From Candidatus Coproplasma excrementipullorum (GTDB lineage Bacteria; Bacillota; Clostridia; Christensenellales; Borkfalkiaceae), in assembly GCA_018714165.1 (NCBI GenBank), contig DVNU01000089.1:832-64831 (forward strand): DNA of 64,000 nt, in the 5' to 3' direction. Every line of letters starts with the position of its first letter. Position 1 is the stretch's first letter. The notes beneath the pieces are model-generated. The model saw only the letters and a program-made list of their open reading frames with translations, made no database searches and was not told the DNA's origin. Both the position numbers and the translations under genes were made by a program. Shown here one piece after another: positions 1 to 7,660 of the stretch.

Positions 1-113
1 CAATACTACAGTTTTGCGTGAGAATCTTGGCGGGTATTTATCAAAAATCTTTGCAATATGAAGTATCGTATATTATAATTAAAACACATTAACGACTGTA
101 AACTTGGTGATAT

Positions 114-581
114 ATGCAGATAATACTTGTTAAAGCGGCAACAGACGACGCGGAAGAAATTCTTGAAATGCAAAAAGCTGCCTTTGCGCCGCTTTTGGAA
201 AAATATAAAGATTTGCGCACTAACCCTGCCGCCGAAAGTCTCGAAACGGTGGAGGATAGATTAAAATCGGCCGATACGGACACATATTTTATTGTGCTTG
301 GTCGTACAAAAATCGGTGTTGTGAGAGTTAAGGTTCAAAATGACATCTGCAATCTCAAGCAGATCTTGATCCTGCCAGAATATCAGGGAAAGGGGTATGC
401 GCGGGAGGCAATTTCCCTTGCCGAAGAAAAATATCCGCAGGCTAAACAATGGGAACTTGACACAATTTTGCAGGAAGAAAGGCTTTGCAGGTTATATACA
501 AACGCAGGGTATATCCCTACAGGTAAAATTGAAAAAATCAATGAGAAAATGTCGCTTATTTATTTTAGTAAGAAACAGTAA
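114..581 (+). CDS. GNAT family N-acetyltransferase
   Basis: 155-aa ORF with a GNAT motif-A-like segment, QILILPEYQGKGYAREAI. A hairpin terminator follows at 619-658. Confidence 0.8.
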   Translation: MQIILVKAATDDAEEILEMQKAAFAPLLEKYKDLRTNPAAESLETVEDRLKSADTDTYFIVLGRTKIGVVRVKVQNDICNLKQILILPEYQGKGYAREAISLAEEKYPQAKQWELDTILQEERLCRLYTNAGYIPTGKIEKINEKMSLIYFSKKQ

Positions 582-618
582 ACTTAATTAACTCCAATAT
601 ATGTTAGGGGCAACTGAT

Positions 619-658
619 AAACCGCGGGCGGAGAAAATGTTTTCTCCGCCCGCGGTTT
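619..658. terminator. Bidirectional intrinsic terminator between the convergent GNAT and XRE genes
   Basis: Perfect inverted repeat aaaccgcgggcggagaaaa / ttttctccgcccgcggttt. A/T runs flank it on both sides. Confidence 0.8.
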
Positions 659-678
659 CTTTTGTGTAAATAAAGTTT

Positions 679-891
679 TCAATACTCCTTTCGGCCGCAC
701 AGAAAATCAATCGATACGCCGAAGTAATCGGCCAGGCGCCAGCACTCCAGAACGCTGGGCGCAATAATTCCCTTTTCCCAGCGCGAAAGATTGGCCTGGC
801 TGGTTCCGATCTCCTTTGCCAACTGCCGCTGTGAGATATGTGCGTCCGTGCGCAATTCTGCAATTCTGTTATTTGCAAATGATAATTCCAT
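679..891 (-). CDS. XRE/Cro-CI family helix-turn-helix transcriptional regulator
   Basis: 70-aa ORF. HTH_3-type sequence ISQRQLAKEIGTSQANLSRWEKG. Confidence 0.85.
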   Translation of the reverse strand: MELSFANNRIAELRTDAHISQRQLAKEIGTSQANLSRWEKGIIAPSVLECWRLADYFGVSIDFLCGRKEY

Positions 892-900
892 TAAAATTAT

Positions 901-916
901 TATACATTTTTGTATA
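901..916. promoter_or_regulatory. Candidate operator palindrome TATACA-N4-TGTATA
   Basis: Perfect 6-bp inverted arms lying 10 nt upstream of the xre start. It overlaps a minus-strand TATAAT at 899-904. Confidence 0.5.
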
Positions 917-924
917 ATTTTTAT

Positions 925-953
925 TTGACTTATACAAATTTGTATCGTATAAT
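925..953 (+). promoter_or_regulatory. Sigma-A type promoter with an operator palindrome in the spacer
   Basis: TTGACT, 17-nt spacer, TATAAT. The spacer holds the perfect 14-bp palindrome ATACAAATTTGTAT at 932-945. It drives the 985-1638 gene. Confidence 0.65.
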
Positions 954-984
954 ATATTTGATTAAAATAACAGGAGGGAAGTAA

Positions 985-1638
985 ATGTCTAGAAAAAGCA
1001 AGGCTGTTAAGAAGGCGATGCGCAAGACGATGAGGATTATATTCATCATTGTGGCCGTAATTCTCACGGTTATTGCAGGTGTATGCCTCGGATTCGGCAT
1101 ATCGTGGTTTGCCGACGGTGTGAATACTACGGCCGCTGTGGTCTTAATTATCGTTGGTCTTATTGCCGCCTTTATAGTCTTTAAAATTATCGTTAAAATT
1201 AAGGACAGCATATTTTATGAGCGCCATCCCGAAGCGTTAAAGGGAGGGAGCTCGTCCGTGCCCCAATTCAATCCCGTGGCCAACCGCACTGTCGGTTCGG
1301 ACGGCGAGCTGAAGAAGGAAATCAGAAATGCTCTGCCGTCGGGGTCGTACTATGGCTCGTGGTCGCACGGCGACGTGTACATCGATTCCATAAACGCCGA
1401 CATTTCGACGAATGGCCGCAGTGTACGAATAAACGGAACATTGCGCTTTACATACACTGCAAGCGGGTCAGAAGATGATGTCGGATATGACATGCGCGAC
1501 AAGCTCAACGATATTGCAAACTCATTGTCAGAGCGCGTGTTAGAGGCTATAGTAAATTACACCAACTATCATTCGGGCTTTGACGGCAACTGGCGCGTCT
1601 CAACAGGCGGGTTAAGGGCACAGCTGGCAGGAAAGTAA
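985..1638 (+). CDS. Hypothetical membrane protein with two N-terminal TM helices
   Basis: 217-aa ORF. RBS aggaggg lies 7 nt upstream. Two hydrophobic helices occupy roughly aa 18-70. The C-terminal domain has no motif I recognise. Confidence 0.6.
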   Translation: MSRKSKAVKKAMRKTMRIIFIIVAVILTVIAGVCLGFGISWFADGVNTTAAVVLIIVGLIAAFIVFKIIVKIKDSIFYERHPEALKGGSSSVPQFNPVANRTVGSDGELKKEIRNALPSGSYYGSWSHGDVYIDSINADISTNGRSVRINGTLRFTYTASGSEDDVGYDMRDKLNDIANSLSERVLEAIVNYTNYHSGFDGNWRVSTGGLRAQLAGK

Positions 1639-1727
1639 CTTAGCGACGGGCGACAGAGCAATCGGATAATTGCGCAATGCATAATGCCTGAAAAACTGCA
1701 CATATTACCTTTACGGAGGTAAATTAT

Positions 1728-1880
1728 ATGAAGTTAAATTGCGGCGATACCTGCCCCAAGACCGGCAAGTACAACGTTATTGACGGCAACGGCAAGGTCA
1801 TTAACAGCATTTACGTCAACGAGGGTGAGACAATGCCCCCCACGCAGTATTCCGACTGCCACTACGAAAGCCAATCATAA
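1728..1880 (+). CDS. YjzC-like small protein, 50 aa, below the ORF-track cutoff
   Basis: ATG is preceded by ggaggt. Translation: MKLNCGDTCPKTGKYNVIDGNGKVINSIYVNEGETMPPTQYSDCHYESQS. The pattern G-x-x-x-P-K-T/S-G-x-Y ... E-G-E-x-x-P-P matches my memory of the YjzC family. A strong terminator follows directly. Confidence 0.55.
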   Translation: MKLNCGDTCPKTGKYNVIDGNGKVINSIYVNEGETMPPTQYSDCHYESQS

Positions 1881-1892
1881 AAGGATAAAAAA

Positions 1893-1934
1893 GGGCGGGC
1901 GGCCTGACATCAGGCCGCCCGCCCGAATTTTTTT
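1893..1934. terminator. Intrinsic terminator shared by the convergent small ORF and SDR gene
   Basis: 14-bp stem gggcgggcggcctg / caggccgcccgccc, loop acat, then a T7 run. An A-run upstream would serve the minus strand. Confidence 0.85.
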
Positions 1935-2003
1935 AATCGCATTAAAAATTCAAATGTGCAGATATGCCCATCGGAGTATGTATATATGTGCCGATGTGTG
2001 CAC

Positions 2004-2801
2004 TTAACCATACAATTTGCCGAGGATAAAGTTGACCGGTCGCGACGGCAGTATTTTTGACAGGGCGACAAAAAGTTTATACTTTGCGCCCACAACGCTG
2101 TAAACGGGCGGATGCTGTGATGATGCCAGTCTGCATATGGCCCTTGCCACAACTTCGGGCGGCATACCGCCCTGCTCGTCGCGCTCCATCGTTGCAACTG
2201 CGCGCCCGGCTCTGTCGCCGTAGGCGGGATTGGTTGAAAGACTCTTTTTGCGCGAGGAGGTGAACTGCGTTTTTACATCTCCGGGCAGAAGGGCGCACAC
2301 CTTTATGTTGAAGGGCGCCACCTCGTTGCGCAGTGCGGAGGAGAGGGATGACAGCGCGGCCTTGCTTGCCGAGTAGAAGGACTGGAAGGGTATGGCCAGC
2401 TGTGCCGCGACCGAACTGACGTTGATTATCGTGCCGCCGCCCCGCTCGCGCATGGACGGCAGAACTTCGCGGATGAAGTTGAGCGCGCCGAAGAAGTTTA
2501 CGTCGAACAGCCGCTTTACATCTTCGGGATCGCTGTCCTCGATTGTACCCGAAATGCCGCCGCCCGCATTGTTTACAAGTATATCTATGCCGCCGTGTTT
2601 TGCAATTATGCGCTCTGCGGTGCGCTTTACCTGTTCGCCGTCGGATATGTCAGCGCAGACGCTTTCGAACCTGTCGCTTTCGTGTCTGGCAACGCATATT
2701 ACGTGCGCGCCGCGCTCTTCAAACATTGCGGCCGCGGCCAGACCTATGCCCGCCGTCGCGCCCGTAATAACTACAATTTTGCCTTTAAAACTTTTTGCCA
2801 T
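2004..2801 (-). CDS. SDR family oxidoreductase
   Basis: Motifs TGATAGIGLA (TGxxxGxG), NNAG and YSASK (YxxxK). Confidence 0.85.
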   Translation of the reverse strand: MAKSFKGKIVVITGATAGIGLAAAAMFEERGAHVICVARHESDRFESVCADISDGEQVKRTAERIIAKHGGIDILVNNAGGGISGTIEDSDPEDVKRLFDVNFFGALNFIREVLPSMRERGGGTIINVSSVAAQLAIPFQSFYSASKAALSSLSSALRNEVAPFNIKVCALLPGDVKTQFTSSRKKSLSTNPAYGDRAGRAVATMERDEQGGMPPEVVARAICRLASSQHPPVYSVVGAKYKLFVALSKILPSRPVNFILGKLYG

Positions 2802-2979
2802 ATCTGCCCTCCACTCAGGAGATATTATAGCACTGCGGGGCGGACAAAATCAATTGATTGAGGCATATTTGCGTGGCAATTGGAAAAAGAAGGGGAATTT
2901 TGTCAAATTCAAGGGCGGGCCGCAGGCACAGTGCCTGCGGCCCGCCCGTATTCAAAACTGAGCGCCTGCAGTTGCAGGG

Positions 2980-3927
2980 TCAGCGCTGTATGAGCTCGTA
3001 TTCATAAGTTACGTTGCCGTCGGAGTCGGTTACAGGGGTGACATAGTAGCTCTGAGCGTCTTTACCGGTGCCAGTGCGGAGTATAATTATCTCCCTGCCG
3101 CGCACGGTCTCGCGCGTGAAGTACAGCGCCTGATTGTTTCCGTCCTTATTGGCGGTCATCTTAACTTCGGTCTCGTCGTCCTCGCTTTCATATTCGAAGG
3201 AGCTCCGCTCAACGCACTGCCCGTCGCGGTATACCGAATAGCTGTATTCCTGCTCGGTCTCGTTGCCCTCGGATTCATAGCTCTGCTCTACGAGCATATA
3301 GTCGCCTTCGCCCAAAGTTACGTAGAACTTGGTCTCGCTCTCGCTTTCGTTGCGCTCATTCTCTATCTCGCGCACGCCGCGGATGTCGTAGTCTACGCCC
3401 TCGATTACCATTACGCCGTCTATGGAATATTCCTCTTCGTCGTCATCGCGGTCGTCATCGTCAAAATCGTCGTCATAGTGCGCAACCCGGGTCAGGTTGT
3501 AGTGCATCCGGTAGGTGTGGCTTTCGCCCTCCATATCGCGGTATGTGAATATGGTCATATGCTCATATTCTTCGCGGTCGGAGGCCTGCTCGGTTATCTC
3601 AAATCCGCCGTCGCTCAAAAGAGAGTCCACAAGGGACATATACTTATCGAGCTCGGCAAACTCGTCCGAAGCGTCGTCTGCGGGAGGGGCAGCCTGGTCG
3701 TCGAGGGGGGTAGGAACGGGTTCCTGGGGATTTTCGGGGGCGTTCTGCGTTTCGGACGAGATTATCATTCCCGCCGAGGCCGCGCTGAACGCATAGATTG
3801 ACGAAGTGGTGTTCAGCTCGTCAAATTTCTTGCCGATGCCTGAGCTGTCGGACGGCGAACAAGCCGTAAGGGCCATCGTAGCTGCAAGCGATCCTGCCGT
3901 AATCAAACCTATCAATAATTTTTTCAT
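2980..3927 (-). CDS. Acidic lipoprotein, paralogous to the ectodomain of the neighbouring anti-sigma factor
   Basis: The start is most likely the MKK codon at 3927, with RBS aggagg upstream. Signal peptide with lipobox LTAC. Asp/Glu-rich body that aligns by eye with aa ~140-370 of the 4672-5841 product. Confidence 0.7.
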   Translation of the reverse strand: MKKLLIGLITAGSLAATMALTACSPSDSSGIGKKFDELNTTSSIYAFSAASAGMIISSETQNAPENPQEPVPTPLDDQAAPPADDASDEFAELDKYMSLVDSLLSDGGFEITEQASDREEYEHMTIFTYRDMEGESHTYRMHYNLTRVAHYDDDFDDDDRDDDEEEYSIDGVMVIEGVDYDIRGVREIENERNESESETKFYVTLGEGDYMLVEQSYESEGNETEQEYSYSVYRDGQCVERSSFEYESEDDETEVKMTANKDGNNQALYFTRETVRGREIIILRTGTGKDAQSYYVTPVTDSDGNVTYEYELIQR

Positions 3928-4147
3928 GGTAGTTCCTCCTGTAATTTGCGATAAGCCTTTTTGTTCTGCGGCTTTCACCTATATAACAACGCCCGCGCCC
4001 TGTTTGTTGGAAAAATTAAAAAAAAATTTTTGCGGCTATTGACCAACGGCGCCGCAGATGTTATCATTATAATATAATTTGGGCAAAAAAAAATTTTTTA
4101 TTTGCCAACAATTTTTAATTTTAATTTGTTTTATAGTTAGGAAGAAT

Positions 4148-4675
4148 ATGAATACGCACAGGCTGGAACGGCATTTACAGAGGCTGAAAGAGGGCGACAA
4201 CGCCGCCTTCGACTATATATATGAGCAGACAAACCGCTCAGTTTACTTTGCCGTATTGTACATTGTGCGCGACAAAATGTATGCCGAGGACATATTGCAG
4301 GAGACCTACATACGCGCGATAAAATCGCTGGAGCAGTACAGCCCCGGCACAAATTTTACGGCGTGGCTGTGCACGATAGGAAAATCTTTGGCGCTCAACC
4401 ATATTAAAAAGTACAGGCGGGAGATATCCACGGACTTTGACGCCGACTCCTATAAATACGGTTCGTCCGAAACGCACCTGCCCTTTATATTCGAGCTGGC
4501 GGCCAAGGTGCTCGCCGAGGACGAGTACGAAATTTTAATGCTCTGCCAGGTGGCGGGATACAAGCGGCGAGAGGTGGCCGAGATGCTGTCCATACCCATA
4601 GGCACCGTCACGTGGAAGAACAACGAGGCGCTGAAAAAGCTTAGAGATCACTTAAACAAGGAGGGCAACGAATGA
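4148..4675 (+). CDS. ECF-type RNA polymerase sigma-70 family factor
   Basis: Region 2 (DILQETYIRAIKSLEQY, FTAWL) and region 4 HTH (EVAEMLSIPIGTVTWKNNEALKKL). The start is probably ATG 4148, after aggaag. The ORF is also open from 4079. Confidence 0.85.
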   Translation: MNTHRLERHLQRLKEGDNAAFDYIYEQTNRSVYFAVLYIVRDKMYAEDILQETYIRAIKSLEQYSPGTNFTAWLCTIGKSLALNHIKKYRREISTDFDADSYKYGSSETHLPFIFELAAKVLAEDEYEILMLCQVAGYKRREVAEMLSIPIGTVTWKNNEALKKLRDHLNKEGNE

Positions 4676-5841
4676 AGGATGTAAAAAAACTTTTGAAAGA
4701 AAGCAGAGCCGACGTTCTGCCCGACGGGAACATTAAGAACAACATCAAGGCCGAACTGGGCTTTGACGGGCGGGAGGTTGCCGTGCAGACTGCTGCGGGC
4801 AACACCGTTACTCTGCGCACAAAAAAATGGGTGATTGCGGCGTGCGCGGCCGTTCTGGCCGTGGCCATAGCGCTGTGTATAATAATACCATCGCTGGGCG
4901 ACAGGGGCGGCCTGCCGGGAGGCGGGTTTATCGACGGCAACAAGTTCGACGGAATAACCGATTCAACGGGCTTCTATGCCTACGGCGCGGCGTCGGTGGG
5001 CGCGGTGCTCTCAAGTATGGACGGGGGCGCCGCGGCGCAGGGCACAGTCCGCGCCGCGGCCTCGGCGAGGCTAAGTTTATCGTCCGATTCCTCCCGCGAG
5101 GAGAGCATACAGACCGTCAACCGCTATCTCGCCCTTGTGGAGAGCCTGTTATCCGACGGCAACATAACGAGCACGGCCGTCGAGGGCGCGCAGGGGTACG
5201 ACTACGGAATGACCGTAAGCTACAGCGATCTGCTGGGCGAGAGCGTCAGCTATATAATGTATTACAACGCCGTTCCCCTTGGCACGCAGACGGACGGCGA
5301 CGAGCGCGAGGACCTCTATTCTATAGAGGGCGAGCTCATCGTCGAGGGCGCAAGCTACCCCGTCGAGGGCCGCTACACTTCCGAAACCGAGGAGGGCGAA
5401 GAGGAGAGCGAACTGTACTTCAAGGCCTATACGTCGGACGACAGACAGTCCTGCATCGAGGTCAACCGCGAGAGCGAGGAGGAGACAGAGGACGGCGAAA
5501 GTGAGAGCGAATATAAATATATCTATACCCTGTACAGCGGCGGCGAACGTGTGGAGCGCACCGTGGTCGAGTACGAGAGCGAGGAGGGTGAACTCGAATT
5601 AAAGCTGACGATAGACAGCGGCGGAGTAAGAGAGGAGCTGTACTTCGAGGACGAGACGGAGGACGGCGAGCGAGTCATCTCCGTGCGCGGCAACATCGAC
5701 GGCGAGGCCGTTGCCTTCAGGATATATGTGCGCGAAGGGCAGTATCACTACGTCTTTGAGGACGGCGAGCAGGACTATGACCGCTTCGACAGAGACGACG
5801 ATGACGACGACAGGCGCCGGGTGCGCTTAGTGTGCGTGTGA
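4672..5841 (+). CDS. Putative single-pass anti-sigma factor with an acidic extracytoplasmic domain
   Basis: ATGA overlap with the sigma gene. One TM helix, WVIAACAAVLAVAIALCIIIP. No zf-HC2 motif. The ectodomain is paralogous to the 2980-3927 lipoprotein. The C-terminus holds a D6 run. Confidence 0.65.
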   Translation: MKDVKKLLKESRADVLPDGNIKNNIKAELGFDGREVAVQTAAGNTVTLRTKKWVIAACAAVLAVAIALCIIIPSLGDRGGLPGGGFIDGNKFDGITDSTGFYAYGAASVGAVLSSMDGGAAAQGTVRAAASARLSLSSDSSREESIQTVNRYLALVESLLSDGNITSTAVEGAQGYDYGMTVSYSDLLGESVSYIMYYNAVPLGTQTDGDEREDLYSIEGELIVEGASYPVEGRYTSETEEGEEESELYFKAYTSDDRQSCIEVNRESEEETEDGESESEYKYIYTLYSGGERVERTVVEYESEEGELELKLTIDSGGVREELYFEDETEDGERVISVRGNIDGEAVAFRIYVREGQYHYVFEDGEQDYDRFDRDDDDDDRRRVRLVCV

Positions 5842-5856
5842 GCGCGGGAGGGGTAA

Positions 5857-6372
5857 ATGGTAATCTTTATAGGCGGCGCCTCGCATACGGGCAAGACCCT
5901 GCTGGCGCAGAAACTGGTGGAAAGGTACAACTACCCCTGTATGTCTATTGACCTCATCAAAATGGGGCTCATACGCAGCGGGGTTACCTCGCTTACGCCC
6001 GTCGACGACGAGGCGTTAAAGCCGTACCTGTGGAAGATCGTGTGCGAAATCGCCAAGACAGCGGTGGAGAACGGCCAGAATCTCATACTTGAGGGTGCAT
6101 ACATTCCCTGCGACTGGCAGAAATATTTCAACGCCAAGTACCGCGAGAGTATGCGCGCCTACTTCCTTATTATGAGCGAGGACTACATCAGGCGGCACTG
6201 GGCGGACATACTTTCGCACGCCTGCGACATAGAGTTCCGCCGCAGCGACGATTTTTCGGCCGTCATTGCGCTTGCCGAAAACAGAGAGAATCTTGCACTG
6301 TGCAAAAAATACGGCACAAATATTATCTTTATAGACGGCAAATACAATGTGCCCGTGCCCGAAATAAGGTGA
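5857..6372 (+). CDS. P-loop NTPase / small-molecule kinase-like protein
   Basis: Walker A GGASHTGKT at the N-terminus. 171 aa. RBS ggagggg. The family is not identified beyond P-loop kinase-like. Confidence 0.55.
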   Translation: MVIFIGGASHTGKTLLAQKLVERYNYPCMSIDLIKMGLIRSGVTSLTPVDDEALKPYLWKIVCEIAKTAVENGQNLILEGAYIPCDWQKYFNAKYRESMRAYFLIMSEDYIRRHWADILSHACDIEFRRSDDFSAVIALAENRENLALCKKYGTNIIFIDGKYNVPVPEIR

Positions 6373-6496
6373 AATATAATAGCCGGCAAGCCGCGCGGCA
6401 GCGCTTTACAAGCGCTGCCGCGCGGTGTATAATTATAAAGTAAACAACCAATAACTTTAAAGCGCCGCCTTTGGCGGCGGCGCGCGGAGAATAGAA

Positions 6497-7429
6497 ATGG
6501 TATATGAAGGCATTGAAAATTTAGCGGGCAACACCCCGCTCGTCGCGCTTAAAAATTACGCCAAAGCCGTGCAGGCGGGCGCAAAAATTGTTGCAAAGGC
6601 AGAGATGTTCAATCCCGCAGGTTCGGTAAAGGACAGGGTGGCCAGGAACATGATAGACGAGGCAGAGAGGAGCGGTAAGCTCAAAAGGGGCGCAACTATC
6701 ATCGAACCAACGTCGGGCAATACAGGCATAGGCCTGGCCGCTATCGGCGGTGCGCGGGGGTATAAGGTCATTCTGACCATGCCCGAAACAATGTCCGTCG
6801 AGCGCAGAAACCTCATCAAGGCTTTCGGTGCCGAGATTGTGCTCACAGAGGGCTCAAAGGGCATGACCGGCGCCATTGAAAGGGCCGAAGAGTTGGCAAA
6901 GACCACCGAGGGCGCGTTTATACCCGACCAGTTCTCCAACCCCGCAAATCCCGCGGCACACTACGCTACCACCGGCCCCGAAATTTGGGAACAGTCGGGC
7001 GGCGATGTGGACGTGTTCGTGGCCGGCGTCGGAACGGGCGGCACTATAACGGGCGTCGGCAGGTATCTGAAGGAGCACAACAAAAACGTAAAGATTGTCG
7101 CCGTCGAGCCCGCCCGCTCACCCATGTTGTCCAAGGGATATTCAGGCACCCACGGCCTTCAGGGCATAGGCGCGGGCTTTGTTCCCAAGGCGCTGGATAC
7201 AACTGTTTACGACGAGGTTATAACCGTTACAGAGGAGGAGGCCTACGTCGCTGGAAGGCTGCTCGGCACAACCGAGGGGTTGCTCGCCGGCATATCTTCG
7301 GGCGCGGCACTGCACGCGGCAACGCAGCTTTCAAAGAGGGCCGAACTGTGGGGCAAGACCATTGTCGTCCTTCTTCCCGACACGGGCGACAGATATCTGT
7401 CTACAGCGATGTTTGCGGATAACCGATAA
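6497..7429 (+). CDS. cysK: Cysteine synthase A (O-acetylserine sulfhydrylase)
   Basis: PLP-lysine motif NPAGSVKDR, TSGNTG loop, GTGGTITG. Confidence 0.9.
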   Translation: MVYEGIENLAGNTPLVALKNYAKAVQAGAKIVAKAEMFNPAGSVKDRVARNMIDEAERSGKLKRGATIIEPTSGNTGIGLAAIGGARGYKVILTMPETMSVERRNLIKAFGAEIVLTEGSKGMTGAIERAEELAKTTEGAFIPDQFSNPANPAAHYATTGPEIWEQSGGDVDVFVAGVGTGGTITGVGRYLKEHNKNVKIVAVEPARSPMLSKGYSGTHGLQGIGAGFVPKALDTTVYDEVITVTEEEAYVAGRLLGTTEGLLAGISSGAALHAATQLSKRAELWGKTIVVLLPDTGDRYLSTAMFADNR

Positions 7430-7438
7430 TGCTTTTAT

Positions 7439-7477
7439 GCGGCCGGCGGCAGAAATGCCGCCGGCCGCACATTTTTT
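7439..7477 (+). terminator. cysK intrinsic terminator
   Basis: 13-bp stem gcggccggcggca / tgccgccggccgc, loop gaaa, then a T6 run. Confidence 0.85.
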
Positions 7478-7604
7478 GACATTTTATAATTCTTTTGTCC
7501 TTTGCACATTGCGGGAAAGTTGTTGTCGGGCAGCCGCATAAAACAGTACTTTAGCCGGTTTGAATAAAGATTATACTTTAGTTTATATTTTTTTGCGCCA
7601 GCTG

Positions 7605-7633
7605 TTGAATATTGTTTTGCTTTGTGGTATAAT
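7605..7633 (+). promoter_or_regulatory. Sigma-A promoter upstream of the giant helicase gene
   Basis: TTGAAT, 17-nt spacer ending in TGTGG (a -16 TRTG element), TATAAT. Confidence 0.6.
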
Positions 7634-7660
7634 TAAAAGGTAATAATTTACTTTTAAGGA

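Noticed and set aside
114-891. The GNAT and XRE gene pair considered as a GNAT-toxin/antitoxin (TacT/AtaT-like) module.
   Set aside because: The two genes are convergent and separated by a bidirectional terminator, so they are not an operon. Known GNAT toxin systems have the antitoxin co-transcribed immediately upstream.
4079-4147. The upstream TTG start (4079) for the ECF sigma factor, which would give an MGKKKFFICQQFLILICF extension.
   Set aside because: The extension is encoded by A9T6 and AT-rich promoter-like DNA and looks like a spurious hydrophobic peptide. ATG 4148 has an aggaag RBS and yields a normal-length ECF sigma factor.
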